Shown here: in pieces, positions 1-12,990 of the stretch
Position numbering within the stretch: the stretch's first letter is position 1
Layout of the letters: the number at the start of each line of letters is the position of its first letter
Source of the DNA: Lama glama
Lineage: Eukaryota
DNA length: 64,000 nt
Direction: 5' to 3'
NCBI GenBank assembly: GCA_028534125.1
Contig: CM052817.1
Location: forward strand, 88,910,001-88,974,000
The notes under the pieces: generated by a model
Told to the model about the DNA's origin: nothing
The model's input: the letters and a program-made list of their open reading frames with translations, nothing else
The model's database searches: none
Program-made: the position numbers and the translations under genes

Positions 1-350
1 TAAAGAACAGATAATTCCAACACTAAGCTATTCTAGAGCATAGAACAAAAAGATTAATTTTTAAAATATTATTTATTGTGACAAATATTGCATAAATAAA
101 TCTACACACCAATCTGAATTATGAATAAGCAAAAAATTAAAATAAAATGTTAACAAATAGAAAATCCAAAAATGATTAAGAAAAATAACACATCATTTAC
201 AGTAGTTCATTCTTGAAAAGTTAACCATAATTAAGTACTAGAACATATTCAAATAATTTACCACATTTATACATCTAGAATAAAAATCCTGTAATTTTAT
301 ACATATATGCTGAAATGTCATTCAACAAAATTTAAATCCCTATCATAAAT
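1..350 (+). mobile_element. Highly diverged old LINE-1 (L1M/L1ME-like) ORF2 RT-region fragment
   Basis: A-rich sequence tracking L1 ORF2 sense text, e.g. 'aaaaatcctgtaattttatacatatatgctgaaatgtcattcaacaaaatttaaatccc' ~ the KNHMIISIDAEKAFDKIQHP region. No open frame. Confidence 0.55.
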
Positions 351-469
351 TGCAATTTTGAGGGTATAGTTTTCTCCCCCACCTATTAACATATTTTTCA
401 TTTTTTGGAAGTCTTACCTGGCATTGCCATTTCATGAGTCACTGCAACTAGAGCCAAATATTTTTCTCT

Positions 470-919
470 GTTTAAAATTAGGTCTTTAATCTATTTTCAG
501 TTGATTTTTTAATATGATGTAAGATAGAATCCAAATTCACACTTTGGCTTGTGAATATCCAGTTTTCCCAGCACCATTTATTGAAGAGACTCTCCTTTCC
601 CTGTTGTGTATTCTTGGCACCCATGTGGAAGATCATTTGACTATATATGTGTGGGTTTATTCCTGTGGTCTCTATTCTGTTCCATTGGTCTGTACATCTG
701 TCTTTATGCCAGTACCATACTGTTTTAATTGTGGTAGTTTTGTAATATTTTTAAATTCGGAAATGTGATGTCTCCAGCTTTGTTCTTCTTTTTCAAAATT
801 GCTTTGGCTATTCTGAGTCTTTTGTGGTTCCACATGAATTTTAGGATTTTTTTTACAGTATCTATAAAAAGGCTACTGGGGTTTTGATGGAGTTAGCATT
901 GAATCTGTAGATCACCTTG
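470..919 (-). mobile_element. LINE-1 ORF2 fragment (L1M-type), antisense
   Basis: Diagnostic antisense L1 text 'tatccagttttcccagcaccatttattgaagagac', 'gccagtaccatactgtttt', 'tgctttggctattctgagtcttttgtggttccacatgaattttagg', 'gcattgaatctgtagatcac'. ORF 544-768 is an antisense by-product. Confidence 0.92.
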
Positions 920-1259
920 TGTCTTAGCATGTTTGGACTGATATAACAAAATACCATAGATTGGGTGGCTGATAAACAACAAAAAATTATTTCTCACAGT
1001 TCAGGAGGCTAGAAGTTCAATATCAGCCTGCCATATGGTCCAATTTTTGTTAGGATCCTCATCAGGCTGCTGAGTTCTTGTATTCTCTCATATGGGTGTA
1101 AAGGAGCTTTCTTGTGCCACTTTTATAAGGGCATTGATTCCGTTTATAAGGGATCCACTCTCATGACTGAATCACCTCCCAAAGTCCCCATACCACCACT
1201 TTGATGGTTAGGTTCCAAAATAGGAGTTTTCAGGGGACACAAACATTTAGACCATAGAA
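920..1259 (-). mobile_element. MaLR solo LTR (MLT1A-like)
   Basis: Starts 'tgtcttag...ataacaaaataccatagattgggtggct...ttctcacagttcaggaggctagaagt', ends 'ggggacacaaacatttagaccatag'. 'cttg' occurs at both flanks. Confidence 0.9.
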
Positions 1260-2189
1260 CTTGCTAAATAAAAATCTAAGACTGGCAGAATAAGAGTTTA
1301 TGTCAAACTACCATGTAAATAGCAGAAGCACATTTTAATATAATTAATTAATTAATTATTACAGAAATATTTATTGTTTAATGCAAAAATATCTATTGAT
1401 CTCCCATACATATTTCTCTATTTTGAGGAAAGATATACAATTAATTTGAACAATACTTTGCTTTCTTTTTTTGAAATGTACTCAAGATTGCACTATCATA
1501 ATTTATTTAAATAGAGTTCACATTTGCAAGAGCCTCTGAATAGAATTGGTTGTCACACAGACACAATGACATATCAAATGTTTGAAATACTTAAAGCCAA
1601 TGTTAACATTCATTTCCTTTCTTCCTTCCATTAAATTATTTTTTTACCCCAAGCAACACGATTGTTTAGAGGCACTTTATTAGAGAACTTGAGCCTTTCT
1701 TGTGTGGATGCAATGGCTTCCAGATTGAGTCATGTTAAATGTAGTCCAAAGGTAATATTTTTTCCCATTGGTAAAATTCAAACAAATCATAATGAAGCTT
1801 TAGTGTTTGTTGTCTGGATATCATCTCTAATTCTTTTCTTCAAAATAATTAGGATTGTTATTTCCAGCAGTATTTTGATATCAAAACTGTGTTCTAAAAG
1901 TAAGCCTGCAAAGTCTAATATCTCCCTTTATTAATTCACAATACATTTGGACAGTAACACATACTTTAGTTCTTGTTTTTCTTTTCTATGTATATTTATA
2001 ATGACAAGTTAAAATTATAATGGAGTACTCATAGTTCAGGCATACAAAAAAGGAGTTGGGCAGGAATTAAGGATCTGGTCTCAGATGCGTCTCTGCCTCA
2101 CTGAGAACTTAAGCTGTTTTTCAACTGTAGGTTATCATCAGCTGTATCCACAACACCTGCTAGCTACAGCCTTTTGGTCTCAAGTTCTC

Positions 2190-2440
2190 CTTTTTCTAAC
2201 TATGCAACCATTTAAGACCTCAACCAATCCTTTCTTAACAAGCACCCTTACTTCTTGCCAGCTCCAATTATAATTCTGATAGCTCATGTAACTAACTGGT
2301 ATCTTGTGATTTTTGCCTTTAGAAGCCTCCCCAATTTTGTAGTCCAACAGAACATAATTCAAGTGCTTCTTGAATTTGTGTCTCCCGGGCTGCAGTTCTA
2401 ACAAACCCCAAATAAACACCTGTTATTCCAATCAGGTCTC
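2190..2440 (+). mobile_element. ERV1-class LTR 3' portion (family unresolved)
   Basis: 'gtgatttttgcctttagaagcc...aagtgcttcttgaatttgtgtctcccgggctgcagttctaacaaaccccaaataaac' is typical ERV1 LTR U3/R text ending in AATAAA. Confidence 0.6.
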
Positions 2441-3224
2441 CCTTTCTAAAATTTTGGTTAACATTTATATTGTTTCTCCACCTAAATTTTAAGCTTCTGG
2501 AAGACAAAAATCCTACTTATACTATTCTAGATTCCCTGATACACGGGATGGACATTCATTAAATTCAATATGAATTTAAAACTTTTCAAATAGCATTTCA
2601 TTAAAATTAGATGTAAAAAGGAAATTACATTACCTTATGATGTTCTGATGGTAGGATGTTCTGATCTTAGCTTCAAAACTTCTAAAAAGTTTTTTACATT
2701 AAAATATTATTAAGAATACGTTTATCAAATTGCTTTAATAAATTAAAAGTGAGAATGAAGCAACTTCTTAAATTCCTTAAAAATCAGTTATCAAGAACTA
2801 TTTTTATGTATAATATCAGATACTTTGTAGCTTACTAGTACTTAGACTCAAGGAAAGCCTATTGAAGTCTGTAATGTCTCAATTTTCTTATCTGTGATTC
2901 TTCCTATCCCATGAGTGTGCATATATCAGTAGTGTATACTTGCTCAGAGTTGGGAATTTACTGAGCCTGTGATAGCTACCCAGAAACTGAAGAAGAGAAA
3001 GAGAACTTGGCAGTTAACTCACTTGTATCTTCAACCAAATGATCTGTGTGTAGTCATTAAAGTATCCTTTATGGCTTCACTGCTTTATTTTTTTCACCCA
3101 AGAAAGGTAATCCCAGAATAACTTCTGTGTACTTTGTACCTATACAATGAACTCAGTAATTTTGTTACTTGAACATAATGCATAAGTATAAAACATGCTT
3201 ACTTTTAAAAATTTTGTGTATATA

Positions 3225-3747
3225 TTTTTTATTGAAATATTGTGAGTTTACAATGTGCCAATTTCTGGTGTACAGCATAATGCTTCAGTCATACATGAAT
3301 GTACATATATTCATTTTCATATTCTCTTTCACCATAAGTTACTACAAGATATTGAATATAGTCTCCTGTACTATACAGTATAAACTTGTTTATCATTTTA
3401 TATAAATTAGTTAGTATCTGCAAATCTTGAATTCCCAGTTTATCCCTTCCCACATCTTTCCCCCGCTGGTAACCATAAGTTTGTTTTGTATGTCTGTGAG
3501 TCTGTTTCTGTTTTGTAAATGAGTTCATTTGCCTTTTTTTGTAGATTCCACATATAAGTGATATCATGTGGTATTTTTATTTCTCTTTCTGGCTTACTTC
3601 ACTTAGAATGACAAATCTCCAGTTCTATCCATGTTACTGCAAATAGCATTATTTCATTATTTTTTTAATGGCTGAGTAGTGTTCCATTGTATAAAATAGC
3701 CAAGATTGGAAACAACCTGAATGTCCATTGACCGATGACTGGATAAA
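3225..3747 (-). mobile_element. Young 5'-truncated LINE-1 3' end (camelid/cetartiodactyl type) with short 5' inversion
   Basis: Poly(T), then 'attgaaatattgtgagtttacaatgtgccaatttctggtgtacagcataatgcttcagtc'. Colinear with the copy at 16320-17450 up to ~3693. Segment 3695-3747 is L1 in the opposite orientation. Confidence 0.93.
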
Positions 3748-5914
3748 ATTTGTTCACTTTTTGTTGATAATGATTATACTGTTTAGGTTAAATAGCATAA
3801 CATCAAACATGTTAATAACCATTTATCTAAAATAATTAAATTAAATAATTAAAATGTTAATTAAATAATTAAATATTTATTTTAAAATAACTACCATTTA
3901 TTTAAAAATCAAATACTTCTTCAAAATTTTATATTTTAAGATTTTTTTTTAATTTAGAGTAACGTTCTATCCCCAGCTTAAAAATTGGGGATAAAACTTA
4001 CATTAAAAAAATACTGCTTCCTCAAAAAAAGAAACAAAAAAACCAGCACCATAATCACTCCTATGTATGTAGTCAGTAAACAGATACTTCCCCCCAGACT
4101 TTCATAAAGTTTCTTAAGATGGCTTACCCTGTGGAAATCTTTGTTTATTATCTCTTTTGAGTAAGTTAAGAGGCAAGTTTCCTGGTTTAAAACAAATGCA
4201 AGCTTAACTAACTGAGAAACCATATTTCTAACTTTGAAAGGGATATCTCAGTGTTAACACCAAAAAAAAAAAAAAAAGTAATTTTGAGCATAAATGAGAA
4301 CAAGCATACTAATACCTCAGTCAGAAACATTTTTAAAAACTACAACAGAACACCAGTGAGTAACATTCCAGCATTCCAAACATTCTGCTTGTTTTTGGAA
4401 TGTACATTGAGTTTCTACAATTTTGATGTAAAAATATTAGAGACACTTCATGCTCTAATGAAGCAAGCTAGTCAGGACTGTCCTAGAATGATGTAAGTAG
4501 TTAGCTATTATCTTTAGAAGTAAAGATCACAAGATAATTTCATATCACTATCAAATTAGATATTGAGATACTTGGAATAAAAAAGTTTAAAACAAACAAC
4601 AAGTCTATATATATATTTTTTTTTCACAATCCCCTGTATCTTTCTAAAAACTTACATTTTGCCTTATCATTCTTGGATCCTCAATTAATCAGTGTCAATA
4701 TATGGGCTCATTAAATGTTTTGTGGAAATAAGAGGAGAATACTATGTTCCATGTACTGACTATTGCCATTTTTTATGGCCAGTATGCTGCCCTTATTCTA
4801 CCATGGTTTACTAAAGTGCTTCTAAAATCCTGGAAATAATACCTGTTTTAATTTTTTGAAGAATTCAACAATAACAACCAGAGTAAAATTATGATTATAC
4901 TAAAGAAGTTAATAACCAAATAACCTAGGAACTTGGTTCCATAATTTTCTGTTAAACAGATTATCTCTAAACCTTGAGCATATCAGTATTACTTACTGAA
5001 TGAAGCATATGCTTAATATACATATATTATATATGCAGTGCTCACTAATTTTATTAAATAGGGACTCTAGAAAATAGTATTCACAAAAAGACAGTTTTAC
5101 TTGGGGTCTTTTACACCAAAAACAACTCAATCATTGAATAGCACCTGGATTATTTTTCTGTTACTGATCTAGAGAACAATTAATGATATAACTTTAAATA
5201 TCTCACCTGGAAATATTATCTTGCAATAATAGCTATACATTTTATCTTGTGGAACTGTGAAATATATATAACTTTAAATGTAATATTAAAACAATTTAAA
5301 AGTTATTTTTAGCCATCAGGAATTTGTCCAAGAATAATGAAAGGAACTGACAAAATTCTGGAGAAAGCAAGAACATGCAAATGAATTAACAAAAACTTTT
5401 TAAGCCAGATTGACATGAACATGCTAATGACTATGTTCTGACTACTAGAGATTTCATTATAATTTACATCCCCAATTTGGATGCTTGCAAGCAAAGAGAT
5501 ATATAACAACTTTGGTTTAATAGTGCAAGCTCTGTAAGCCATCTTTCCAGGTTTATACCCCACATCTTTCATATATTAATTGTGTACATATGTAAAAGTT
5601 ACCTAAGTTTTCTGTGCCTTGACAAAATAGACCAATAAAATTGATCCCGATGCATTCAACAATTTAAGATTCAATTAAAAAACAAATCAAGTACGTTTTA
5701 CTTAAGTGATATTTTTTCCCTAGTTTTTTGCTATTTAGAGGATAATATATTCTTATTGATTAAAGTAGATAGGTTGGGGATAATAAAAGGTAGGAAAACT
5801 AATCTTTCTTTTAGAAAATATGAGATATACTTTAAATAATATTTTGCAGTCACCTTTTCAAAAGCCCTGTAAAATAGGTATTAATAATGTTTGTAATATT
5901 AAAATAATATATCT

Positions 5915-6150
5915 CAGCTACTGTTTACTGAGTTCTTACTGTGTTTGACTTTACAAAGTATTTATGTGTACTATAAGTCCTTAGAACAAAACTATTTATG
6001 TATTATTACTCACATTTTTAAAGGTAAGAAAACCATGAATCAGAGCATTTGTGTTATTTGTTGAAGCTAATTCAGCTCGTCAGGCATGAATCAAAGATGT
6101 TAAGCCCTTTCTGTTTGGATCCAAAACACCCTACCTTAAACACCATGTGC
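5915..6150 (-). mobile_element. MIR SINE (diverged)
   Basis: 'tttactgagttcttactgtgt...tattattactcacatttttaaaggtaagaaaaccatgaatcagag...ggatccaaaacaccctaccttaaacacca' follows the antisense MIR layout. Confidence 0.65.
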
Positions 6151-8625
6151 CTTTGAAGAAATTTGGGTTAATTATCTTGTTCGAAAGAGAGCAGCTTGAT
6201 AGTTACAGAATTTAGAGCCAATATTCTTGGCTCCACAAATGGTGATTAAGCATAATTTAATAGAAAAATGAAAACAACCAATCCTTATATATTGCCACAA
6301 ACCAAAACTAGATAATAAAATAATAAAAGTCAACATATGAATATTATTTAAATATGAGAAAATTACCTTTGATTCATCTCTTCCAGTTTATTTCCACAGT
6401 TACTAAAACAAATCACCAATGTTCCAAGACATATTTTGAATACAAAACCCATCTTTGAATATAAAGATTTTGTCACAACTGTAAGATAAAATAATATATT
6501 AAAAAAGCAATAATTCCCATTTAAAATCAAACTAACAACACTTAACTGTGCCTATGAAGCTGTAAGTCTTATAGGCAAGTTCTGTTGAAGCAAAGGGTAT
6601 TTTGTTCCCACAAAAGAAATCTAAGGAAGGAAGAAAGAAGACAGAGAAGGTCTGTCACTTCAGTCATTGTCTTATTTTATGGAAGAATAAGATATTGTTT
6701 CAATTAACCTCTAGTCTTCTGGGATTGATAAATAATATGTTCGCTAGCTCTAACCTTTACCCCACTGCCTTTGCGTTCTCTTATTTATTTAAGACATTTG
6801 AAATAGTTTCTTGTTTTCTCACAATCTCTTATTTTCATTTAAAATATTTTCAAAATTACATTTCACTAACTTTTCCGTGTTTTTAGCAGAATATATTTTG
6901 GATAACTTATCTATCATCCCTGGATTTAGGAAAAATAACCTCTTGCATGTGTTTCTCCAGAGGATTTAGGATAGGGAATCTCTTCTTACACATGCTTCTC
7001 TGAAGTTTTAGGTGCACTGATGGTAATTCCTTGTTTTTTGTAACTAATAGAGATTATCCTCTCCCATTCTGTAGTTATGACTGTGGTTACAGAAGAAGTT
7101 GCTTTTCACCATAATAATGCAGTTGGCAAGGAAATCCAATCTTTTGCTAAATCCCTGTGCTTAAAAGGAGGTGAGCTAATGCTCTTATCTTCCACATGTG
7201 TGGGCAAAGTATTTAGTTGAGAAGGGTAGACTGTGTGGTCTTTTGAGACATTTCTCAACTTGTTGTCAAGCATTATTAGCTTTGAGGTGCTTGATATGGG
7301 ACATGTTGTGAGGCTTTCCAAAGGGAAGAGTTAGTAAATCATTCCATATTTGGATAGCCTAAGTAAGCCATCAATTCTGAGTTCTCAGGCTCCAGTTATT
7401 CCAACTCTAAATCTACATGTTCAATACCAAGGAACTTAAAGACTAATTTTTTTAAGGTCTCTCTCTGTCTCTCTGTTTGTCTCTCTCTCTCTTTAACCCT
7501 TAAAATAGCTATAATAGATAAAAGACTTCTCAGAAAATTTTACTGAATTTATTTCATTATTAAAATAAATTGTCTAATTTTCCCATTATCCTACTTCCTT
7601 TTTTTCCTGCAAGTACTTAGGCATACATTTCTATCTGCTAAACAGCCTGTACTATAAGAGAAAAGTGATCAGACAATTTATGTGCAATTATGCTAAGGAA
7701 CTTTGGACAATCTTGTGAAAGAAGTCCAGGAAGACTTTTGGCCACATGCCATGTTACATGCTTCCTTAATCTATTAATGTATGACCTTGCTAAACTGTCA
7801 GTAACAGAAGAGGATAAAATAAAGCTAACATTGTTCCATTCTCATGGGATCACTTATATAAGTTATAACAGGGAAAGTGAATAAACCGTGAAATCTGTGT
7901 TCTTAAATCTCACATTGTGTCATCAGAAATTCTTCAGGCTGTCTGTGTTGTAATATCTCATAAAAATAAGAAAGAGAGAGTCTTCTGTTTCCAGTATTAT
8001 GAGTTGGGAGACTTGGAATGACCCATCCTTTGTTAATTAAAAGCTTTAAATGAAATGTATTTTTAAATGATAAGCTAGCAAAATATTAAGTAATTTTCAG
8101 ACAAAATAAATAAAATAAACAAAACAGTGTAGTCAAGAACTAAGACAGATAAGCAGCTGACTTGGCTTTGAAGGCACTTGAAAAATTAGTGAAATTGAAA
8201 TTTGGTGTTTAAGTCTCAAAAGATATGAAGAAAAGGAGAAAGAACTCTGGGCCTAAGTGGAAAATCTAACAGGAGAACTACCTTCAGTAATCTGTGATTC
8301 CAAACAACCTTTTTGTCAATGTATGACAAAACAGAATTCCCCTCTGCCTAAAAGGATGGCAAGAAAAATTAATTAGTATAAACTTAGGTGCTGAGTGGTG
8401 AATATGGTATTTTGCTGAGATTTGGGGACAACAAATATACTGAAATCAAAAAATTAAGGTAGTCTGACAAACTTCAAGCTGATAGTTTAATTTAGCAAAT
8501 TAAAATACAAAACCACGTTGAGGCAAAGCCTTTTTGGATTTGAAGCAAATTCAAAACCTCTTTGAAGGATGAATCTCAGAAGCATATCTACAAACCAGCA
8601 AATACTAAGTTAACAGATGTAGCCA

Positions 8626-9166
8626 TATTGGGAGAGGCAGTCTGCCATGGGCTTGAGCATCCCTGCACATCCTTTTGAGTGTGCCAGAGTATATGACTCA
8701 TATGGCTCCTTATACTGAGAAGTTTCTGTAGGTACATAAGCAACTATGTCAGTGAAGGCAACTGCAGCAGGACTTCCCTGTAGCTTCTTACTTCCTGGAG
8801 GCAGGAGTGGAGAGAAGGGACTGTGCTGGGTTGTCTGCTATTTGTAGAATGTTTGCTGCTTGCTCAAAAAGTGCTAAGCCCTTGGCCTTGGATACCAGAT
8901 CAATAATGCAAACCACAGTATGTGCAGACATCTTGTTCTAAGACGTGTCACCCTGAAGAAGTTAGGGCTTAAAAATAATAGCAAAAAAAAAATGATGATA
9001 CCCCAAGTCACTGCTATTGATATGAGTATTAAATGGTCCTTTGTTTCTTACAAGGAGTCTTTTTTCAGCATCCATGACAGTGTGACAGAAAAAAAAAAAA
9101 GTAACAGGCTTATTTTGTTAGTTTGCAAGTAAGGTAAAATCTAAGACCCCTTCATAGTTCTTGGCA
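8626..9166 (+). mobile_element. ERVL solo LTR (MER73/MER74/MER54 group)
   Basis: Starts 'tattgggagaggcagtctgccatgggcttgagcatccctgcac', ends 'gttagtttgcaagtaaggtaaaatctaagaccccttcatagttcttggca'. 'agccat' occurs at both boundaries (8621-8626, 9166-9171), consistent with a target-site duplication. Confidence 0.8.
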
Positions 9167-9205
9167 GCCATTTTTATGCTACTGACAAGAGGTGGGATGG
9201 ATTTT

Positions 9206-11717
9206 GTGTTTTTAATTTTTTATTGAAGTGTAGTTGATTTACAAAGTTAGTTTCAGGTGTATAGCAAAATGATTCAGTTATACATATACATACATATATA
9301 TTTATTTCTTTTCAGAGTCTTTTCCATTATGTGTTATTACAAAAAATTGAATATAGTTACCTGTGCTATACAGTAGGTCCTTGTTGTTTATCTATTTTAT
9401 ATATAGCAATGTATGTCTGTTAAACGCCAACCCCTAATTTATCCCTCACCACCCTTTCCCTTTGGTAGCCATAGTTTGTTTTCTATGTCCATGAGTCTGT
9501 TTTCAATTTGAAAATAGAAGTTGTATCATTTTCTTAAGATTCCACATATAAGTGATATCATATATTTGTCTTTGTCTTACTTTAATCAATTTGATAATTT
9601 CTAGGCTCATCTATGTTGCTGCAAAGACATTATTTCATTCTTTTTATGGCTGAGTTATATTCCATTACACTACATCTTCTTTATCCAGTCATCTGTTGAT
9701 GGACATATAGGTTGTTTTTATGTCTTGGACATATAGGTTGTTTTTATGTCTTGGCTATTGTAAATAGTGCTGCTATGAACAGTGAGGTGCATGTGTCTTT
9801 TCAAATTATAGTTTTCTCCAGATATATGTTCAGTAGTGAGATTGCTGAATCGTATGGTAAGTCTATTTTTAGTTTTTTAAGGAATCTCCATTCTCTCCTC
9901 CATAGTATTTGCCCCAATTTACATTCCCACCAACAGTGTAGGAGAGTTCCTTTTTCTCCAAACCCTCTCCAGCATTTATTATTTATAGACTTTTTAATGA
10001 TGGCCATTCTGACTGGTGTGAGGTGATACCTCACTGCAGTTTTGATTTGCATTTCTCTTTTGATTTACATTTCTCTGATAATTAGTGATATTGAGCATCT
10101 TTTCATGTGCCTGTTGGCCATCTGGATGTCTTCTCTGGAGAAGTGTCTATTTAGGACTTCTGCCCATTTTTTGATTGGGCTGTTTGTTTTATTGATATGG
10201 AGCTGTATGAGCTGTTTGCATATTTTGGAAATTAGTCCCTTGTCGATCATGTCACTTGCAATTATTTTTTCCCATTCTGTAGGTTGTCTTTTTGTTTTGT
10301 TCATGGTTTCCTTTGCTGTGACAAAGCTTTTAGGAGTATTTGTTCTAGTTCTGTAAAAAAGATTCTAGGTAATTTGATAGGGATTGCATTAAATCTATAG
10401 ATTGTTTTGGGTAGTATGGCCATTTTAATAATATTAATTCTTCCAATCCAAGATCATGGGATATTGTTCCATCTGTTTGTTTCATCTTCAGTTTCTTTCA
10501 TCAGTGTCTTTTAGTGTTCAGAGTGCAGGTCCTTTGCTTTCTTAGGTTGGTTTATTCCTAGGTATTTTATTCTTTTTGATACAATGGTAAATAGGATTGT
10601 TTTCTTAATTTTTTCCTGCTATTTCATAGTTAGAGTATAGAAATGCAACTAATTTCTATATATTAATTTTGTATCCTGCCACTTTATTAGATTCATTGAT
10701 GAGCTCTAGTAGTTTTATGATAGTGTCTTTAAGATTTTCTATGTGTAGTATCATGTCATCTGCAAAGAGTGACAATTGTATTTCTTCTTTTCCAGTTTGG
10801 ATTCCTTTTATTTCTTTTTCTTCTGTGATTGCTGTCGCTTGGACTTCTAAAACTATGTTGAGTAAAAGTGGCAAGAGTTGACATCCTTGTCTTGTTCCTG
10901 ATCTTAGAGGAAATGCTTTCAGCATTTCATCACTGAGAATAATCTTAGCTGTGAGTTTGTCATATATAGCCTTTATTATGTTGAAGTATGTTCCCTCTAT
11001 GCCCACTTCCCAGAGAATTTTTATCACCAATGGATGTTGAATTTTATCAAAAGATTTTTCTATGTCTATTGAGATGATCATATAGTTTTTATTCTTCAGT
11101 CTGTTAATATGGTATATCACATCGATTGATTTGCAGATATTGAAAAATTCCTGCATCTCTGGGATAAATCTCACTTGATCCTGGTGTATGATCTTTTTAA
11201 TGCATCATTGAAGTCTATTTGCTAGTATTTTGTTGAGGATTTTTGCATCTATACTCTTAAGTGTTTTAGCCTATAATTTTCTTTTTTTGTGATATCTTTG
11301 TCTGGTTTTGGTATTGGGGTGATGGTGGCCTCATAGAAAAATTTGTAGTGTTCTTTCCTCTGCAAATTTTTGGAATAGTTTCAGAAGGGTTGGTATTAAC
11401 TCTTCTCTAAATGGTAGAATTCCCCTGTGAAGCCATCTAGTCCTCGCCTTTTGTTTGTTGGGAGTTTTTAAATTACTGATTCAATTTCAGTGCTGCTAAT
11501 TAGTCTGTTCATATTTTCTATTTCTTCATGATTCAGTCTTAGGAGATTGCAGCTTTCTAAGAAGTTGTCCATTTCTTCTAGGTTGTCCATTTTGTTAGCA
11601 TATAGTTGCTCATAGTAGCCTCTTATAATTCTTTGTGTGGCATCAGTTGTAACTTCTTTTTCACTTATAATTTTTCTTTATTTGGGCCCTCTCCCTTCTT
11701 TTCTTGATGAGCCTGGC
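9206..11717 (-). mobile_element. 5'-truncated LINE-1 (~2.5 kb; 3' UTR plus ORF2 part) with 13-bp TSD
   Basis: L1 3' UTR and ORF2 peptides on the minus strand (9801-10052, 10065-10304, 10656-11174). Exact repeat 'tgggatggatttt' at 9193-9205 and 11718-11730, followed by 'taaaa' (TTTT/AA endonuclease site). Confidence 0.97.
10656..11174 (-). pseudogene. Broken L1 ORF2 reverse-transcriptase fragment
   Basis: The translation contains '[17 protein letters not shown]', 'SGTRQGC' and '[10 protein letters not shown]' (FADD RT motif). It is bounded by stops and lies in a truncated element. Confidence 0.95.
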
Positions 11718-11989
11718 TGGGATGGATTTTTAAAATAAACTCAGTTGTTGTTGTACCAAGGCACATTTTGATGGAACAGTTCTTCTAGTATAGCTTTATC
11801 AATTGTGTGTCTTCCTGCACACCAACCCCACTCCTCCAATCAGGAAGTTGAGTTTTAATTTAGGTTATGTCAGTAACTTTCTTGATGGTTAGAAACAGAA
11901 ATTTCATTTTAGTAACTCCAAGGAAGGCATTAAGAAGATCTGTCAGCTTTCAGCATCCTTTCTGTATGAAACCAGTCAACAAGGTCTGA

Positions 11990-12260
11990 GATACCCCAAG
12001 TGCCATAGAAAAAAAGTTACGTGGAAGAAAATTGAGGTATGCAGCCTCAACTGAGCTTCCAGACAATGTACAGCCAGCACCAATTTCCAGCATGTAAGCA
12101 AGTCACCTGAACTGACTTCTTCCAAGTTTGACTGTTCCCTTTTACAGTGCCAAGAACAGAGAAACCACTAATCCATCCATTCCCTAAAAATAAATCTTAT
12201 ATAAAGATGTATCTATTCCTATGGCATTGTGCTTTAAAAAATACAATATTACTATAATTG
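11990..12260 (+). mobile_element. Old MaLR LTR fragment (MLT1H/I-like)
   Basis: 'gcagcctcaactgagcttccagacaatgtacagccagcaccaatttccagcatgtaagcaagtcacc' resembles late MLT1 LTRs. Confidence 0.55.
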
Positions 12261-12274
12261 ATCTGTTTGTATTT

Positions 12275-12990
12275 AATAAACTATTTTTAAAGAAGTTTTA
12301 GGATGATAGAAAAAATGTGTAGAAAATACAGAGTTCCCATATCTACCCACTTCGATTCATTGAGTTTCTCTGATTGTTAACATCTTGCATTACTGTGGCA
12401 TGTTTGTAACAACTGATGAACTAGTACTGATATATTATAGTTTACGTTAGGACTCACTCTGTATGTTGTACATTTTTGTAAATTTTGACAAATGTGTAAT
12501 GTCATGTATCTACCACTACAGTATTATTTACAATAGTTTCACTGCCCTAAAAACCCTGTGCTCCACCTCCACCATTGATCCTTCTCCCTTACCCCGAAGC
12601 CTTGGCAACTGCTGGTTTCCCACTATCTCTATAGTTTTCCCTTTCTAGACTGTCATATAGTTGAAATCAAGAATATGTATCCTTTTCAGAAATGGCTTGT
12701 TTTACTTTGTAATATGCATGTAAGTTTCCTTCATATCTTCTCGTGGTTTGATAGTTCATTTCTATTTATCACTAGATAATACTTCACTGTATGAACATTT
12801 ATCCATTCACATATTAAAGAGTATTTTGATTGCTTCCAAATTTTGGCAGTTATGAATAAGGCTACTATAAACATTTGTGTGCAGGTCATTGCATAGACAT
12901 GCTTTAACTAATCTGAATAAATACCTAGTAGTGTTAATTCTGGATTGTATGGTAAGTGTACACCTAGATTTGTAAGAAATATCCAGCTTC
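12275..12990 (-). mobile_element. L1MC-type 3' end
   Basis: 'agaaaatacagagttcccatat', 'ttaacatcttgcattactgtggcatgtttgtaacaactgatgaac', 'ttttggcagttatgaataaggctactataaacatttgtgtgcagg'. Confidence 0.9.

Noticed and set aside
6922..7012. Degenerate ~40-bp repeat beginning 'ggatttagga'
   Set aside because: Too diverged to define units, and may be part of an ancient repeat.
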